Below are positions 1-7,650 of a stretch of 42,673 nt of DNA, one piece after another. Position numbers and translations under genes: made by a program. Each line of letters begins with the position of its first letter. The first letter of the stretch is position 1. The notes under the pieces are model-generated. The model was given only the letters and a program-made list of their open reading frames with translations, did not search any database and was not told where the DNA came from. Origin of the DNA: a virus; the IMG/VR virus record IMGVR_UViG_3300032157_000024, positions 1 to 42,673 of that record. One strand, written 5' to 3'.

Positions 1-127
1 AAGAGTCCGGCAAGGCCAGTCACCATCGAGGACATCGTTACGCTGTCCATCTGGATATAGCGGTTGTCCTTCGGCGCTTGCGCTTGGTTCAGCTTCGCAC
101 GAGCAAGGCCAGGAACCGAGAGGTTCG
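1..127. repeat. Terminal direct repeat, copy A (identical to 42547..42673); circular-closure overlap
   Basis: The first 127 nt (aagagtccggcaaggccagtcacc...gagaggttcg) recur base for base as the last 127 nt of the window. Confidence 0.95.
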
Positions 128-545
128 TCATCGAAGTACCGGCAGTGCCAGCGACTTGCGGAACCAGTTTCGTTACACCGGAAAGAACGTCTGCCTCGAC
201 CGTGGAAATCAGCCTTGCAACGGCAGGCTCGATCTTGCGCTTCGAGAAGTCATCGATGTCGGTGTAGAGTTCCGCAGAGTTGAATCGCATCGCAACGTGC
301 TTCTGCGTAGCCAGCGTCATCGTGACGCTCGTTTCCACGGAATCCTGCACTTGGATTACGCGGCCATCGGTCACTTCGTATTCGTCAGGCAGCCGGATGC
401 GCAGTGCGCTTCCGATCTTCGCTCCCTGCCGTCCGTAGGATTCATCGAACTGCATGTTGATCGTGCCGAGGAACGAGGCTTTTTCATGCGCGATGCGCAG
501 AACCTCGTTCGTGATCATGTCGATCGTAAGGTTGGTATTGCTCAT
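1..545 (-). CDS. Major capsid (coat) protein, P22 gp5-like, N-terminal part. The ORF runs off the window start and continues at 42546..41874.
   Basis: ATG at 545 is preceded by AAAGGAG. Hand translation gives MSNTNLTIDMITNEVLRIAHEKASFLGTINMQFDESYG...DSVTMSSMVTGLAGLF, which joins in frame to the 41874..42596 ORF through the terminal repeat. The joined gene is 1218 nt (405 aa). It lies directly downstream of the scaffold gene. Confidence 0.85.
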   Translation of the reverse strand, partial: MSNTNLTIDMITNEVLRIAHEKASFLGTINMQFDESYGRQGAKIGSALRIRLPDEYEVTDGRVIQVQDSVETSVTMTLATQKHVAMRFNSAELYTDIDDFSKRKIEPAVARLISTVEADVLSGVTKLVPQVAGTAGTSMTNLSVPGLARAKLNQAQAPKDNRYIQMDSVTMSSMVTGLAGL

Positions 546-736
546 GCCAAACTCCTTTGCCGAGGCGCGGAGCATCCCATCGCGGGAGCCGCTGTTAAAT
601 CACGGAACTTCGCTCGACCCGTTTCCGCAGCGTTTTACGCTGCACCGGAGGTCGTCCGTGGCGCGGGGCCTAATCCGCGCTCAACTACTTTCTGTCAGGC
701 GTTGCGCCTGACTCGGCAAAGGTACTACTGGAAATG

Positions 737-765
737 CTTATACGCCCTTTTCAGGCGACTAGCAA
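737..765 (-). promoter_or_regulatory. Sigma70-like late promoter (TTGCTA-17 nt-TATAAG) containing the conserved 10-mer GCGTATAAGC
   Basis: The minus strand reads TTGCTA, a 17-nt spacer, then TATAAG. The same 10-mer occurs at 2194-2203 and 13178-13187. The site is intergenic between scaffold and coat. Confidence 0.5.
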
Positions 766-1617
766 TTACCGCCTGCCAAGCTGCTTGTTCCTGATCTTCA
801 CGAACTCCTTGTAGTTCATCCCGTCCTTGATCTCCCCGACATCGGCAACCTTGCCGCCAGAGAGCGGCACGATGGGCGCAGGGGCCTTGGATACCTCTTT
901 GGGCTTTGCTGGCGCGGAAGCCAGTTTTTCCTCCAGCCTGCCAATCTCCCTGATCTGAGCAGTTGGCGATAACTGCATGATTCTTTGGGCTTCTTTCGGA
1001 TTGCTGCCGAGGTAATGGGCGATGTCCGGGCCGTTTTCAGCCTCGAATACAGCCCACATTGCCGCTGAATTGGGCTTGATGTCGCCTACCTTCTCGTCCC
1101 AATCCGGGTACTTGTCCTCGGCCTTGGCTACCCTTTCCTCCCAACTAGCGATCAGCCTGTCTTGGTACGCCTTCTGCTGCTCAATGCGCTGCTTGGCGGC
1201 TGATTCCTTGGTCGTGCGCTCGACCTCGTACTTGGCTTTCGCCTCAGCGTATTTCTCCGGATCAAAGCCGTACTGCTCAAGGGTAGGAGCGCCAGGGTCT
1301 TGCTGCGCCTGCTGCTGAGGACGTATCTCGGATAGCTGCTTTTCAAGGAAGTCAGCGCGGGCCTTTTCCTCCGCCGCCTTTCGGTAGGCTTTATCCAGCC
1401 TGCGCTCGTAGCGGCGCTTGCCGTGCTTTTCCTCCTGATCCTCGGCAGGCTTCGCCTCCTCCTTCGGCTTTTCCTCTACCGGCGCTGCTGGCTTGGCATC
1501 CGTTGGCGTAGCGTCTTGCTGCTGTGCAACATCGGCGGGAGGGGGAGTTGACTTTACGTTTGCGACCGGGAACGGCTTGACTGGCTCGACAGCCTGAATC
1601 TCCAGTTGTTCGGGCAT
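766..1617 (-). CDS. Scaffolding protein
   Basis: 283 aa, highly charged and helical (K/E/A/Q-rich, with a Pro/Ala-rich N-terminus). It lies immediately upstream of the coat gene, as in the P22 order portal-scaffold-coat. Confidence 0.7.
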   Translation of the reverse strand: MPEQLEIQAVEPVKPFPVANVKSTPPPADVAQQQDATPTDAKPAAPVEEKPKEEAKPAEDQEEKHGKRRYERRLDKAYRKAAEEKARADFLEKQLSEIRPQQQAQQDPGAPTLEQYGFDPEKYAEAKAKYEVERTTKESAAKQRIEQQKAYQDRLIASWEERVAKAEDKYPDWDEKVGDIKPNSAAMWAVFEAENGPDIAHYLGSNPKEAQRIMQLSPTAQIREIGRLEEKLASAPAKPKEVSKAPAPIVPLSGGKVADVGEIKDGMNYKEFVKIRNKQLGRR

Positions 1618-2171
1618 TAGTTCCTCACAACGCGGAAAGCGATGTCGAATCCGATTGTGCCCACGCTCGCAACCGTGCCTTGGACTACGCTGATGCCTGA
1701 GTTTGCGTTGACCATGAGCGGGGGCGCATCCATCATTCCGCGCCGCACAAGGTCATGCCGGAAGTATGGGCCTGCGTTCAGTTCCTCAGTAAGCACGCTT
1801 TCCCACGCGATTAGCGCACCAGCAGTAGCGCCGCCAGAAGGGGTAAGCCTTGCAGTGACTCCAGCAGGCATTACGGATGATCCCTGTCCCAACGGGCTGA
1901 TCGTAGATGCGGTCGGGTCTGTTCCGTTGAAGGTGGCAGCAGTTCCGCCGGTTCCGATTGCGGTTGTGCGTTGCAGGAACAGGTCAACAGAAACAAGACC
2001 AGTGACCGCCACCGCGCAAGATACCACCGGGATTAACCACATGACGGCGAGTTTCACGCCGCTACCGCTTGCGTTGAAAAGGTCGAAGTAGATCAGGTTC
2101 GCTCCTGGTGTCTGCTTCACAACGAACAGCTTGTAGGTCTGCGATGAATCTAACTGCGCGGTCATGTCCAT
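1617..2171 (-). CDS. Hypothetical protein (beta-rich, Gly/Thr/Ala-rich), between the sugar operon and the scaffold gene
   Basis: 184-aa ORF with a GGAG RBS (ccaaggagtagtcATG). Its TAATG junction overlaps the scaffold start. No recognisable motif. Confidence 0.6.
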   Translation of the reverse strand: MDMTAQLDSSQTYKLFVVKQTPGANLIYFDLFNASGSGVKLAVMWLIPVVSCAVAVTGLVSVDLFLQRTTAIGTGGTAATFNGTDPTASTISPLGQGSSVMPAGVTARLTPSGGATAGALIAWESVLTEELNAGPYFRHDLVRRGMMDAPPLMVNANSGISVVQGTVASVGTIGFDIAFRVVRN

Positions 2172-2194
2172 GACTACTCCTTGGTGTTGGTAGG

Positions 2195-2223
2195 CTTATA
2201 CGCCTATGAATCGAACCTGACAA
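2195..2223 (-). promoter_or_regulatory. Sigma70-like late promoter (TTGTCA-17 nt-TATAAG) with the conserved GCGTATAAGC 10-mer
   Basis: The minus strand reads TTGTCA, a 17-nt spacer, then TATAAG. It lies in the 62-nt gap between the sugar operon and the 184-aa gene. Confidence 0.5.
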
Positions 2224-2233
2224 CTTACGTGCC

Positions 2234-3370
2234 TCATAGCCTGTTCAGCCCATCGGTCAGGGCTTCTATCTTCCATCTTTCCAGTCCTGGGTAGTTACCT
2301 ACGAAAAGCCCGTATTGGTGCAGGTACTCAGCCTGCGGGAATTCCTTGTGGAAGTCGTTCCCCCACAGAGCCTTGGCATAGGGCTGGCGTAGCTGGTTGC
2401 CGCCCCCTACCGTGCCGCGCCTGATTTCCACGCCGGAATGCTCAAGGTAAGCCACCACGCGCTGCATGAGGCGCTCATCCGGTTCCGCCAGCACCAAGGG
2501 AAGCGCAAAGCTGCAAGAGCCTTCGGTGCGGTATTCGGTGCGATAGCGCGTCGGATCAAGCCTGCACAGGAAATGCAGCAGGTTGAACGTCCTAGCCTTA
2601 TTGTTTGCATCTACGCGCTTGAGTTGCGACCTGCCGATGACCGCGTTCAACTCAGTTGAGCGCACGTTGTAGGCAGGGAAGGCGAACGTGAACTCTGGAT
2701 ACAGGTCTGGATACAGTTTGGCGATTTTTTCCTTCGCTACGCCATCGGTCATTTCCCGCGTCAGGCCATGCGACCTTAGCATCCTGAGAGTTTGGTAGAA
2801 ATTGGCATCATCGGTGCATACCATGCCGCCCTCAATGGTGGACATGTGATGCCCGTAGTAGAAGCTGAAATTGCTGGCGAGGCCGAAGGTTCCTAGTTTC
2901 CTGCTGCCTCTGGTCGCCCCCATCGCCTCGCAGCAGTCCTCGACAAGAGGGGTATGCACTCCAGCATCAAACCCTAGGGCGTGCGTAACAAACTTGCACT
3001 TGGCATCGCTTGCAGACATTCCGAGGGTGCGCGGATCAACGTCCACGAAGATAGGCGTATGCCCTGCGTGCAGCACTGAGGCAATGTCTGAAATCCACGT
3101 CAGGCACGGCACGGCAATTTCAAGTTCGCCATGCAAATCGTGCAGCGCAGCCATCGTAATCAGGTTGGCGCTCGCCCCTGAATTGACGAAAACCGCGTGC
3201 TTAACTCCAAGCCACGCAGCGAATTCTTCCTCGAAAGCCGCGACCTGCTTGGATTGCGTGAGCCGTGGCATAGGCTCCGTTCCGAGGAAGTCCACGATGG
3301 CAGCAGTATCCTTCCTCGTGACACCTTCACGCATCAGCGGCCAGTCAAGGTTCACAGTTTCGCGCTTCAC
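2234..3370 (-). CDS. DegT/DnrJ/EryC1-fold enzyme resembling the PMP-dependent NDP-4-keto-6-deoxyhexose 3-dehydratases (ColD / E1-DdhC type)
   Basis: 378 aa. Motifs read by eye: VNSGASANL and FSFYYGHHMSTIEGGMVCTDD...LRSHGLTRE. A His-His pair sits where aminotransferases of this fold carry the Schiff-base Lys. GTG start in a GTGA overlap with the upstream gene. Confidence 0.7.
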   Translation of the reverse strand: MKRETVNLDWPLMREGVTRKDTAAIVDFLGTEPMPRLTQSKQVAAFEEEFAAWLGVKHAVFVNSGASANLITMAALHDLHGELEIAVPCLTWISDIASVLHAGHTPIFVDVDPRTLGMSASDAKCKFVTHALGFDAGVHTPLVEDCCEAMGATRGSRKLGTFGLASNFSFYYGHHMSTIEGGMVCTDDANFYQTLRMLRSHGLTREMTDGVAKEKIAKLYPDLYPEFTFAFPAYNVRSTELNAVIGRSQLKRVDANNKARTFNLLHFLCRLDPTRYRTEYRTEGSCSFALPLVLAEPDERLMQRVVAYLEHSGVEIRRGTVGGGNQLRQPYAKALWGNDFHKEFPQAEYLHQYGLFVGNYPGLERWKIEALTDGLNRL

Positions 3371-4284
3371 GGCACGTTCCCGTAGCGATTATTCGACAGT
3401 CCGCGATAGCCCATGAGCAGTTCGCGGATTCCGTCCTCAAGCGTCACCTTTGGCGCGTACCCTGTCGCCCTGATCTTCGCATCGGACACGATGTAGTCGC
3501 GCTGGTCGAAGTCAGTCTTGAAATCCGCTTCTGTGAAGTAGAACGGCTGCTGCCTGGTGATCGCCTCGCACAACTCAATCTTAGTCACGCTGACCGCGCC
3601 CACGTTGTAGATGTTTCCTAGCATAGATGGCGTGTTGATGGCGTGCAGGAAGGCTCTCGCAACGTCCGTAACGTGGATGCTCGTGCGCTTGTATTTCCCC
3701 TCGAATATCACGAGCGCCCTATCCCGCAGAGCGCGGAACGTAAAGTCATTGATGAGCAGGTCAAGCCTCATACGCGGCGACATCCCAAAGACGGTCGCCA
3801 AGCGAAGGCTGATCGAATTGTCACGATCCATGAGGCAATGCTCGACCTGTACCTTGTGCTTGCCGTAGGTTGAGAGCGGCGCTACTGGCGTTTCCTCCGT
3901 GCAGACATCGGCGTTCTTCCCATATACGCTCTCCGTGGTCGGCATGACGACCAACTGGCTATGCGACAGGGAATCCAGCAGAAGCAACTGCGCGTTCAGG
4001 TTCAGTTGCTCCGCAGCTATCGGGTACGCATCGCAGATCGGCGCACCGACCAATGCGGCAAGAGGAATCACGCAATCCGCAGATTTAAGGTGCGGGATTA
4101 CCTTGTCGATGTCCCGCACGTCCATACGATGCAGGCTCAGGCGCGGATTCAGGAATGACGATGCAAGCGAGTTCTCGCCATACATAAAGTGATCGAGTAC
4201 GACTACTTCATGCCCTGCGTCCAGAAGCATCGGCACAAGGATGCTTCCGATGTAACCAGCACCGCCGGTGACGGTTATGCGCAT
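3367..4284 (-). CDS. NAD(P)-dependent extended SDR (sugar epimerase/reductase family)
   Basis: 305 aa. N-terminal Rossmann motif TGGAGYIGS, TTESVYG, and a catalytic YGKHK (YxxxK) motif. Confidence 0.8.
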   Translation of the reverse strand: MRITVTGGAGYIGSILVPMLLDAGHEVVVLDHFMYGENSLASSFLNPRLSLHRMDVRDIDKVIPHLKSADCVIPLAALVGAPICDAYPIAAEQLNLNAQLLLLDSLSHSQLVVMPTTESVYGKNADVCTEETPVAPLSTYGKHKVQVEHCLMDRDNSISLRLATVFGMSPRMRLDLLINDFTFRALRDRALVIFEGKYKRTSIHVTDVARAFLHAINTPSMLGNIYNVGAVSVTKIELCEAITRQQPFYFTEADFKTDFDQRDYIVSDAKIRATGYAPKVTLEDGIRELLMGYRGLSNNRYGNVP

Positions 4285-5483
4285 TTGACGCGCCTATCCA
4301 TGTATTCTTCTGCGGTCATTCCTTCTCCCATTCTCATGTTGGCTTCGTGTTCTTCTTCCGGTAGCGCAGGTTCCATGCACTCGATTCCTCTGTCCCATCG
4401 CGCCATCTTCGGTTCGTAGGCGCAGAAGTCGTCATGCACAACGTCAACCAGTACCGGTCCTGAGTAGTTCAATGCGCTCTCTACCACGTAGTCGAACCGT
4501 TCCCACTCTCCTAGCGACATCGACTTGATGCCGTAGGCTTTGGCAATGGCGCAGAAGTTAGGCGCGGAATATCCATCAGGCCCACAGGCAAGCTCCGCCT
4601 TCTTGTTCACGCGCTGGTAAGACTTCGTATTTCCGAGGCAGCGGTTATTGATGACGAAAATCTTCACTGGCACTTCGTACTGGACAATTGTTTGTAGCTC
4701 TTGGAGATTGAGTTGCATCCCGCCATCCCCGATCAGGCAGACGATGGGCCGCGACTTGTCAGCGAACCAAGCCCCTATTGCTCCGCACATGGCGAATCCC
4801 ATCGGAGTATTGCCGTTGGAAGTGAAGTACCGCTGCCCCCACTTAGTCTTGAAGGCGTGCGCGAACATGATGACGTTGCCGCCAGTGTCTGCGGTAATCA
4901 GAGCGTTCTCAGGCATGACCTGAGATAGCTTGCGCATGAACCCGTAGTGGTGGAAGTCGCCTACCAGATGCTCTGCCTTGACCGGATCGTAGCGTTCGCA
5001 CCAGTCCTTGCACTTGAGTAGCCAGTTGGTGAAGTCCTTGTGCGGCGTGACACGCTCGGCAAGCTCACGCATGAACACGCCAGCATCGGACAGCACGTTG
5101 ACTTGCGCTGGCTGCGGCTGGTTCAGTGGATCGAGCAGCGACTCATCAATATCGACGTAGTATCTTTTTGCTCGTCGTGCAAACGTTTCAGGCAATCCCC
5201 CGGTAATTCTCCCGGATATGCGTGAGCCGATAGCAAGCAGGAGATCGCTATTTTGCAATCCATAATTTCTGCCAGGACCGCCATAAGTGCCGATTCGTCC
5301 ACCGTATGTGAGGAGGTCGGACGTTGCGACATCGAGAGCATTCCACGTTGGGAACGCAGGAATTTGTAAGGCTTTGGAGAGTGCGATGAACTCCGCTTTG
5401 TAATTGGCACAGCCGCCTCCTATCAACAAGACTGGACGCTCTGCGCGTTCCAAGTCGGCAAGGTACTGGTCTATTGCCTTCAT
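4275..5483 (-). CDS. ThDP-dependent enzyme, central plus C-terminal (PP) domains (acetolactate synthase / YerE-like), large fragment of a split enzyme
   Basis: 402 aa. Carries the ThDP-binding motif IGDGGMQLNLQELQTIVQYEVPVKIFVINN. Its ATGA overlap joins it to the upstream N-domain ORF. Confidence 0.8.
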   Translation of the reverse strand: MKAIDQYLADLERAERPVLLIGGGCANYKAEFIALSKALQIPAFPTWNALDVATSDLLTYGGRIGTYGGPGRNYGLQNSDLLLAIGSRISGRITGGLPETFARRAKRYYVDIDESLLDPLNQPQPAQVNVLSDAGVFMRELAERVTPHKDFTNWLLKCKDWCERYDPVKAEHLVGDFHHYGFMRKLSQVMPENALITADTGGNVIMFAHAFKTKWGQRYFTSNGNTPMGFAMCGAIGAWFADKSRPIVCLIGDGGMQLNLQELQTIVQYEVPVKIFVINNRCLGNTKSYQRVNKKAELACGPDGYSAPNFCAIAKAYGIKSMSLGEWERFDYVVESALNYSGPVLVDVVHDDFCAYEPKMARWDRGIECMEPALPEEEHEANMRMGEGMTAEEYMDRRVKCA

Positions 5484-6028
5484 AGCGTAGCCCTCTGCAC
5501 GTCCACTGGCAAATCGAGCAGCACAGGGCCGGGTCGTCCGGTTCCGGCAGCAATGAGCGCACGGTTAAGGTGAAAATGAACCTGCGACGGGTCTTTCACG
5601 GTCACGGCGTACTTGGTGATCGGCTTGACTATCTCGACGATGGGAGTCTCTTGGAAGCCTAGCTGCCGCAGCGCAGAGCCTTCGGGCCGCATGAACTTCG
5701 TAGAAACTTGCCCAGTGATGAACACGCACGGCACGCTGTCGTACCAGCAGTTCTGGATCGGCGTGACAAGGTTCCCGCCACCCGGCCCTGACGTGACCAC
5801 GGCGATGCCGATGCGTCCTGTTGCCTTTGCATAGCCCTCAGCCATGAAGCCAGCAGCCTGTTCGTGCTGCGCGACCACGTAATTCATCCTTCCTGGCATC
5901 GCGTCCACAAGGTCTGCCATCGCTCCCCCGTAGAGGATGAAACACGTATCGCTGATCTCTGCCAGCCTGCCGATGACGTACTCAGCGACGTTCATTGAGG
6001 AACCAATCGTAGGTTGCCGCAAGACCAT
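5480..6028 (-). CDS. ThDP-dependent enzyme, N-terminal (PYR) domain fragment
   Basis: 182 aa. MNVAEYVIGRLAEI...GGAMADLVDA...HEQAAGFMAEGYAKATGRIGIAVVTSGPGGGNLVTPI is typical of the TPP_enzyme_N domain. An alternative start lies at 5995 (MNVAEY). Confidence 0.75.
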   Translation of the reverse strand: MVLRQPTIGSSMNVAEYVIGRLAEISDTCFILYGGAMADLVDAMPGRMNYVVAQHEQAAGFMAEGYAKATGRIGIAVVTSGPGGGNLVTPIQNCWYDSVPCVFITGQVSTKFMRPEGSALRQLGFQETPIVEIVKPITKYAVTVKDPSQVHFHLNRALIAAGTGRPGPVLLDLPVDVQRATL

Positions 6029-6845
6029 CGCGCATCATCACCTTCGGCTTCCAGCCAAGCACGGTGCGCGCCTTGGTCGTGTCCACGCGGCGCACTGGAA
6101 TGGCGAGCGGCTTTGAAGGGTCATACTCAAGCCTTGGCGTGAACGCTGCGTGCCTGCAAAGCGCGTAGACAATCTCAAGCACGGACATTTCATCGCCGCT
6201 GCCTACGTTGTACGCTCCAACCGGGCCTTGCGCGGCAAGCACCATCGCCTCAACCAGATCGTCGATGTAGATGCCATCGCGCACCTGTTTTCCGTCGCCC
6301 CATATCACGATAGGGTCTTGGCGCTCGGCAACCTTCCTGACGGTCGCCTCTATGACATGGGAATGATTGGGAGAAAAGTCGTTGCCTGGTCCGTAGACGT
6401 TTGAGGGACGGACGAACGAAATTTCCAGTCCCTTTGACTTGGTGAACATCTGCGCTAGGCGATAGATGAACCTGTGCGCGTTGCCGGGGATGACGTAGGC
6501 CGGATGAAGCTCGACTTGCAGGTAGTCGTCCTCGACCATTGGCGAAGCCGAGTCTGGATAGCCTGTGGTAGAGCCTACGCAGACCACGCGGCGCACGCCT
6601 GCCTTGGCGCACGCCTCGAACACGTTCATGTGCATACGGACATTGGGCAGCACGAACGAGAGCGGGTCATCGGTCATGCGCCCCACTCCGCCAGTCTCGC
6701 CAGCGCACATATACACCGTGTCAGCATAGGGTAGCGTGCAGCCTGCTTCCAAGTCCTGATCCTGGCGAGTAAGGCCAATCCCGCCTACCCTCTTATGCAC
6801 TGCGCCGCCGATGAAACCTTTGCTGCCGAGTACGATGGTAGTCAT
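5982..6845 (-). CDS. SDR of the GDP-L-fucose synthase (Fcl / ColC-like 3,5-epimerase-4-reductase) type
   Basis: 287 aa. Motifs GSKGFIGG and PSNVYGPGNDFSPNHSHVIEATVRKV...IVIWGDGKQVRDGIYIDDLV resemble Fcl/WcaG motifs. Confidence 0.65.
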   Translation of the reverse strand: MTTIVLGSKGFIGGAVHKRVGGIGLTRQDQDLEAGCTLPYADTVYMCAGETGGVGRMTDDPLSFVLPNVRMHMNVFEACAKAGVRRVVCVGSTTGYPDSASPMVEDDYLQVELHPAYVIPGNAHRFIYRLAQMFTKSKGLEISFVRPSNVYGPGNDFSPNHSHVIEATVRKVAERQDPIVIWGDGKQVRDGIYIDDLVEAMVLAAQGPVGAYNVGSGDEMSVLEIVYALCRHAAFTPRLEYDPSKPLAIPVRRVDTTKARTVLGWKPKVMMRDGLAATYDWFLNERR

Positions 6846-6853
6846 TTTCTCAC

Positions 6854-7264
6854 TTATAGGGTGCTGACCATGATGAGCAACCGGATGGCATTTTCTTCCT
6901 GCAATGCCATGATCCGCCTGCCAATCTCGGCGTCGATCATCCTCTGGCGCTGGTCGTTCAGCAGTTCAAGGTAATGGCTCTGGTACTCGATTCCTGCGAG
7001 TTTCAGTTCTCCGGCAAGTTCTTCCAGCCTTTGCTGCTCATCAAGTCGCAAGTCCTGCGTCTGCCGTTCCGCAACCGCGTCGATGATGCTTTGCGCCTGC
7101 GGAGGGATGACACCGAACTTCTCTCTTGAGCGCCGTATGTCATCAGGATCGCGCCTGCGGCCATAGTCGAAATAGCCGCCTGTCGTAGTGGTGGTGGTTG
7201 GCGTGTTAGCGCCAAAGAACCCTCCGCCAAAGAATTCCCCGCCGAAGAAATTTCCGCTTGCCAC
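6854..7264 (-). CDS. Hypothetical protein with an N-terminal FFGG repeat, a Thr6 tract and a coiled-coil C-terminus
   Basis: 136 aa with a GTG start. Sequence begins MASGNFFGGEFFGGGFFGANTPTTTTTTGGY, followed by heptad-like charged helices. Confidence 0.55.
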   Translation of the reverse strand: MASGNFFGGEFFGGGFFGANTPTTTTTTGGYFDYGRRRDPDDIRRSREKFGVIPPQAQSIIDAVAERQTQDLRLDEQQRLEELAGELKLAGIEYQSHYLELLNDQRQRMIDAEIGRRIMALQEENAIRLLIMVSTL

Positions 7265-7408
7265 TTAGTCAGCCGGAGTAGCTGCCTTCAGTTTATCGAG
7301 TTCAGCCTGCAAATTTCCAATCTGATACGTAAGAATTCGATTCTCTACGGTCAATTCACCGATGATGGATAGAAGCTCAGGCAAACTTACTGCCTTCTTA
7401 TCGCTCAT
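7265..7408 (-). CDS. Small coiled-coil protein (47 aa)
   Basis: The ATGA overlap with the upstream ORF gives the start at 7408. Sequence: MSDKKAVSLPELLSIIGELTVENRILTYQIGNLQAELDKLKAATPAD. Confidence 0.45.
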   Translation of the reverse strand: MSDKKAVSLPELLSIIGELTVENRILTYQIGNLQAELDKLKAATPAD

Positions 7409-7638
7409 GTGAAATCCGATTGCGGGGGAACGACCGCAGCGAGCGCGGCTTTGTTCGCTTCTGCTCCCATGATGTCGATGATGACTTGCTTGCACATCAC
7501 GCGAATGAAGGCGTTGCACTCTGCGGTAGTCGCATCACGCCGCACGCCGCTCGCGTCCCTGAGTTGCTTGATGACCCCTACGCAGTAGGCGAAGTTCTGG
7601 CCTACCTGCGCGGAGTAGTTGATGGTGGTAGATGGCAT
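7405..7638 (-). CDS. Hypothetical protein (77 aa)
   Basis: ORF in operon context between the fiber-like gene and the small coiled-coil gene. Confidence 0.5.
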   Translation of the reverse strand: MPSTTINYSAQVGQNFAYCVGVIKQLRDASGVRRDATTAECNAFIRVMCKQVIIDIMGAEANKAALAAVVPPQSDFT

Positions 7639-7650
7639 TCGCGTCCCTTT

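Noticed and set aside
78-794. 238-aa plus-strand ORF at the start of the window
   Set aside because: It is antisense to the N-terminal part of the coat gene, has no RBS, and has junk-like Arg/Ala-rich composition. It is a shadow ORF of a GC-rich gene.
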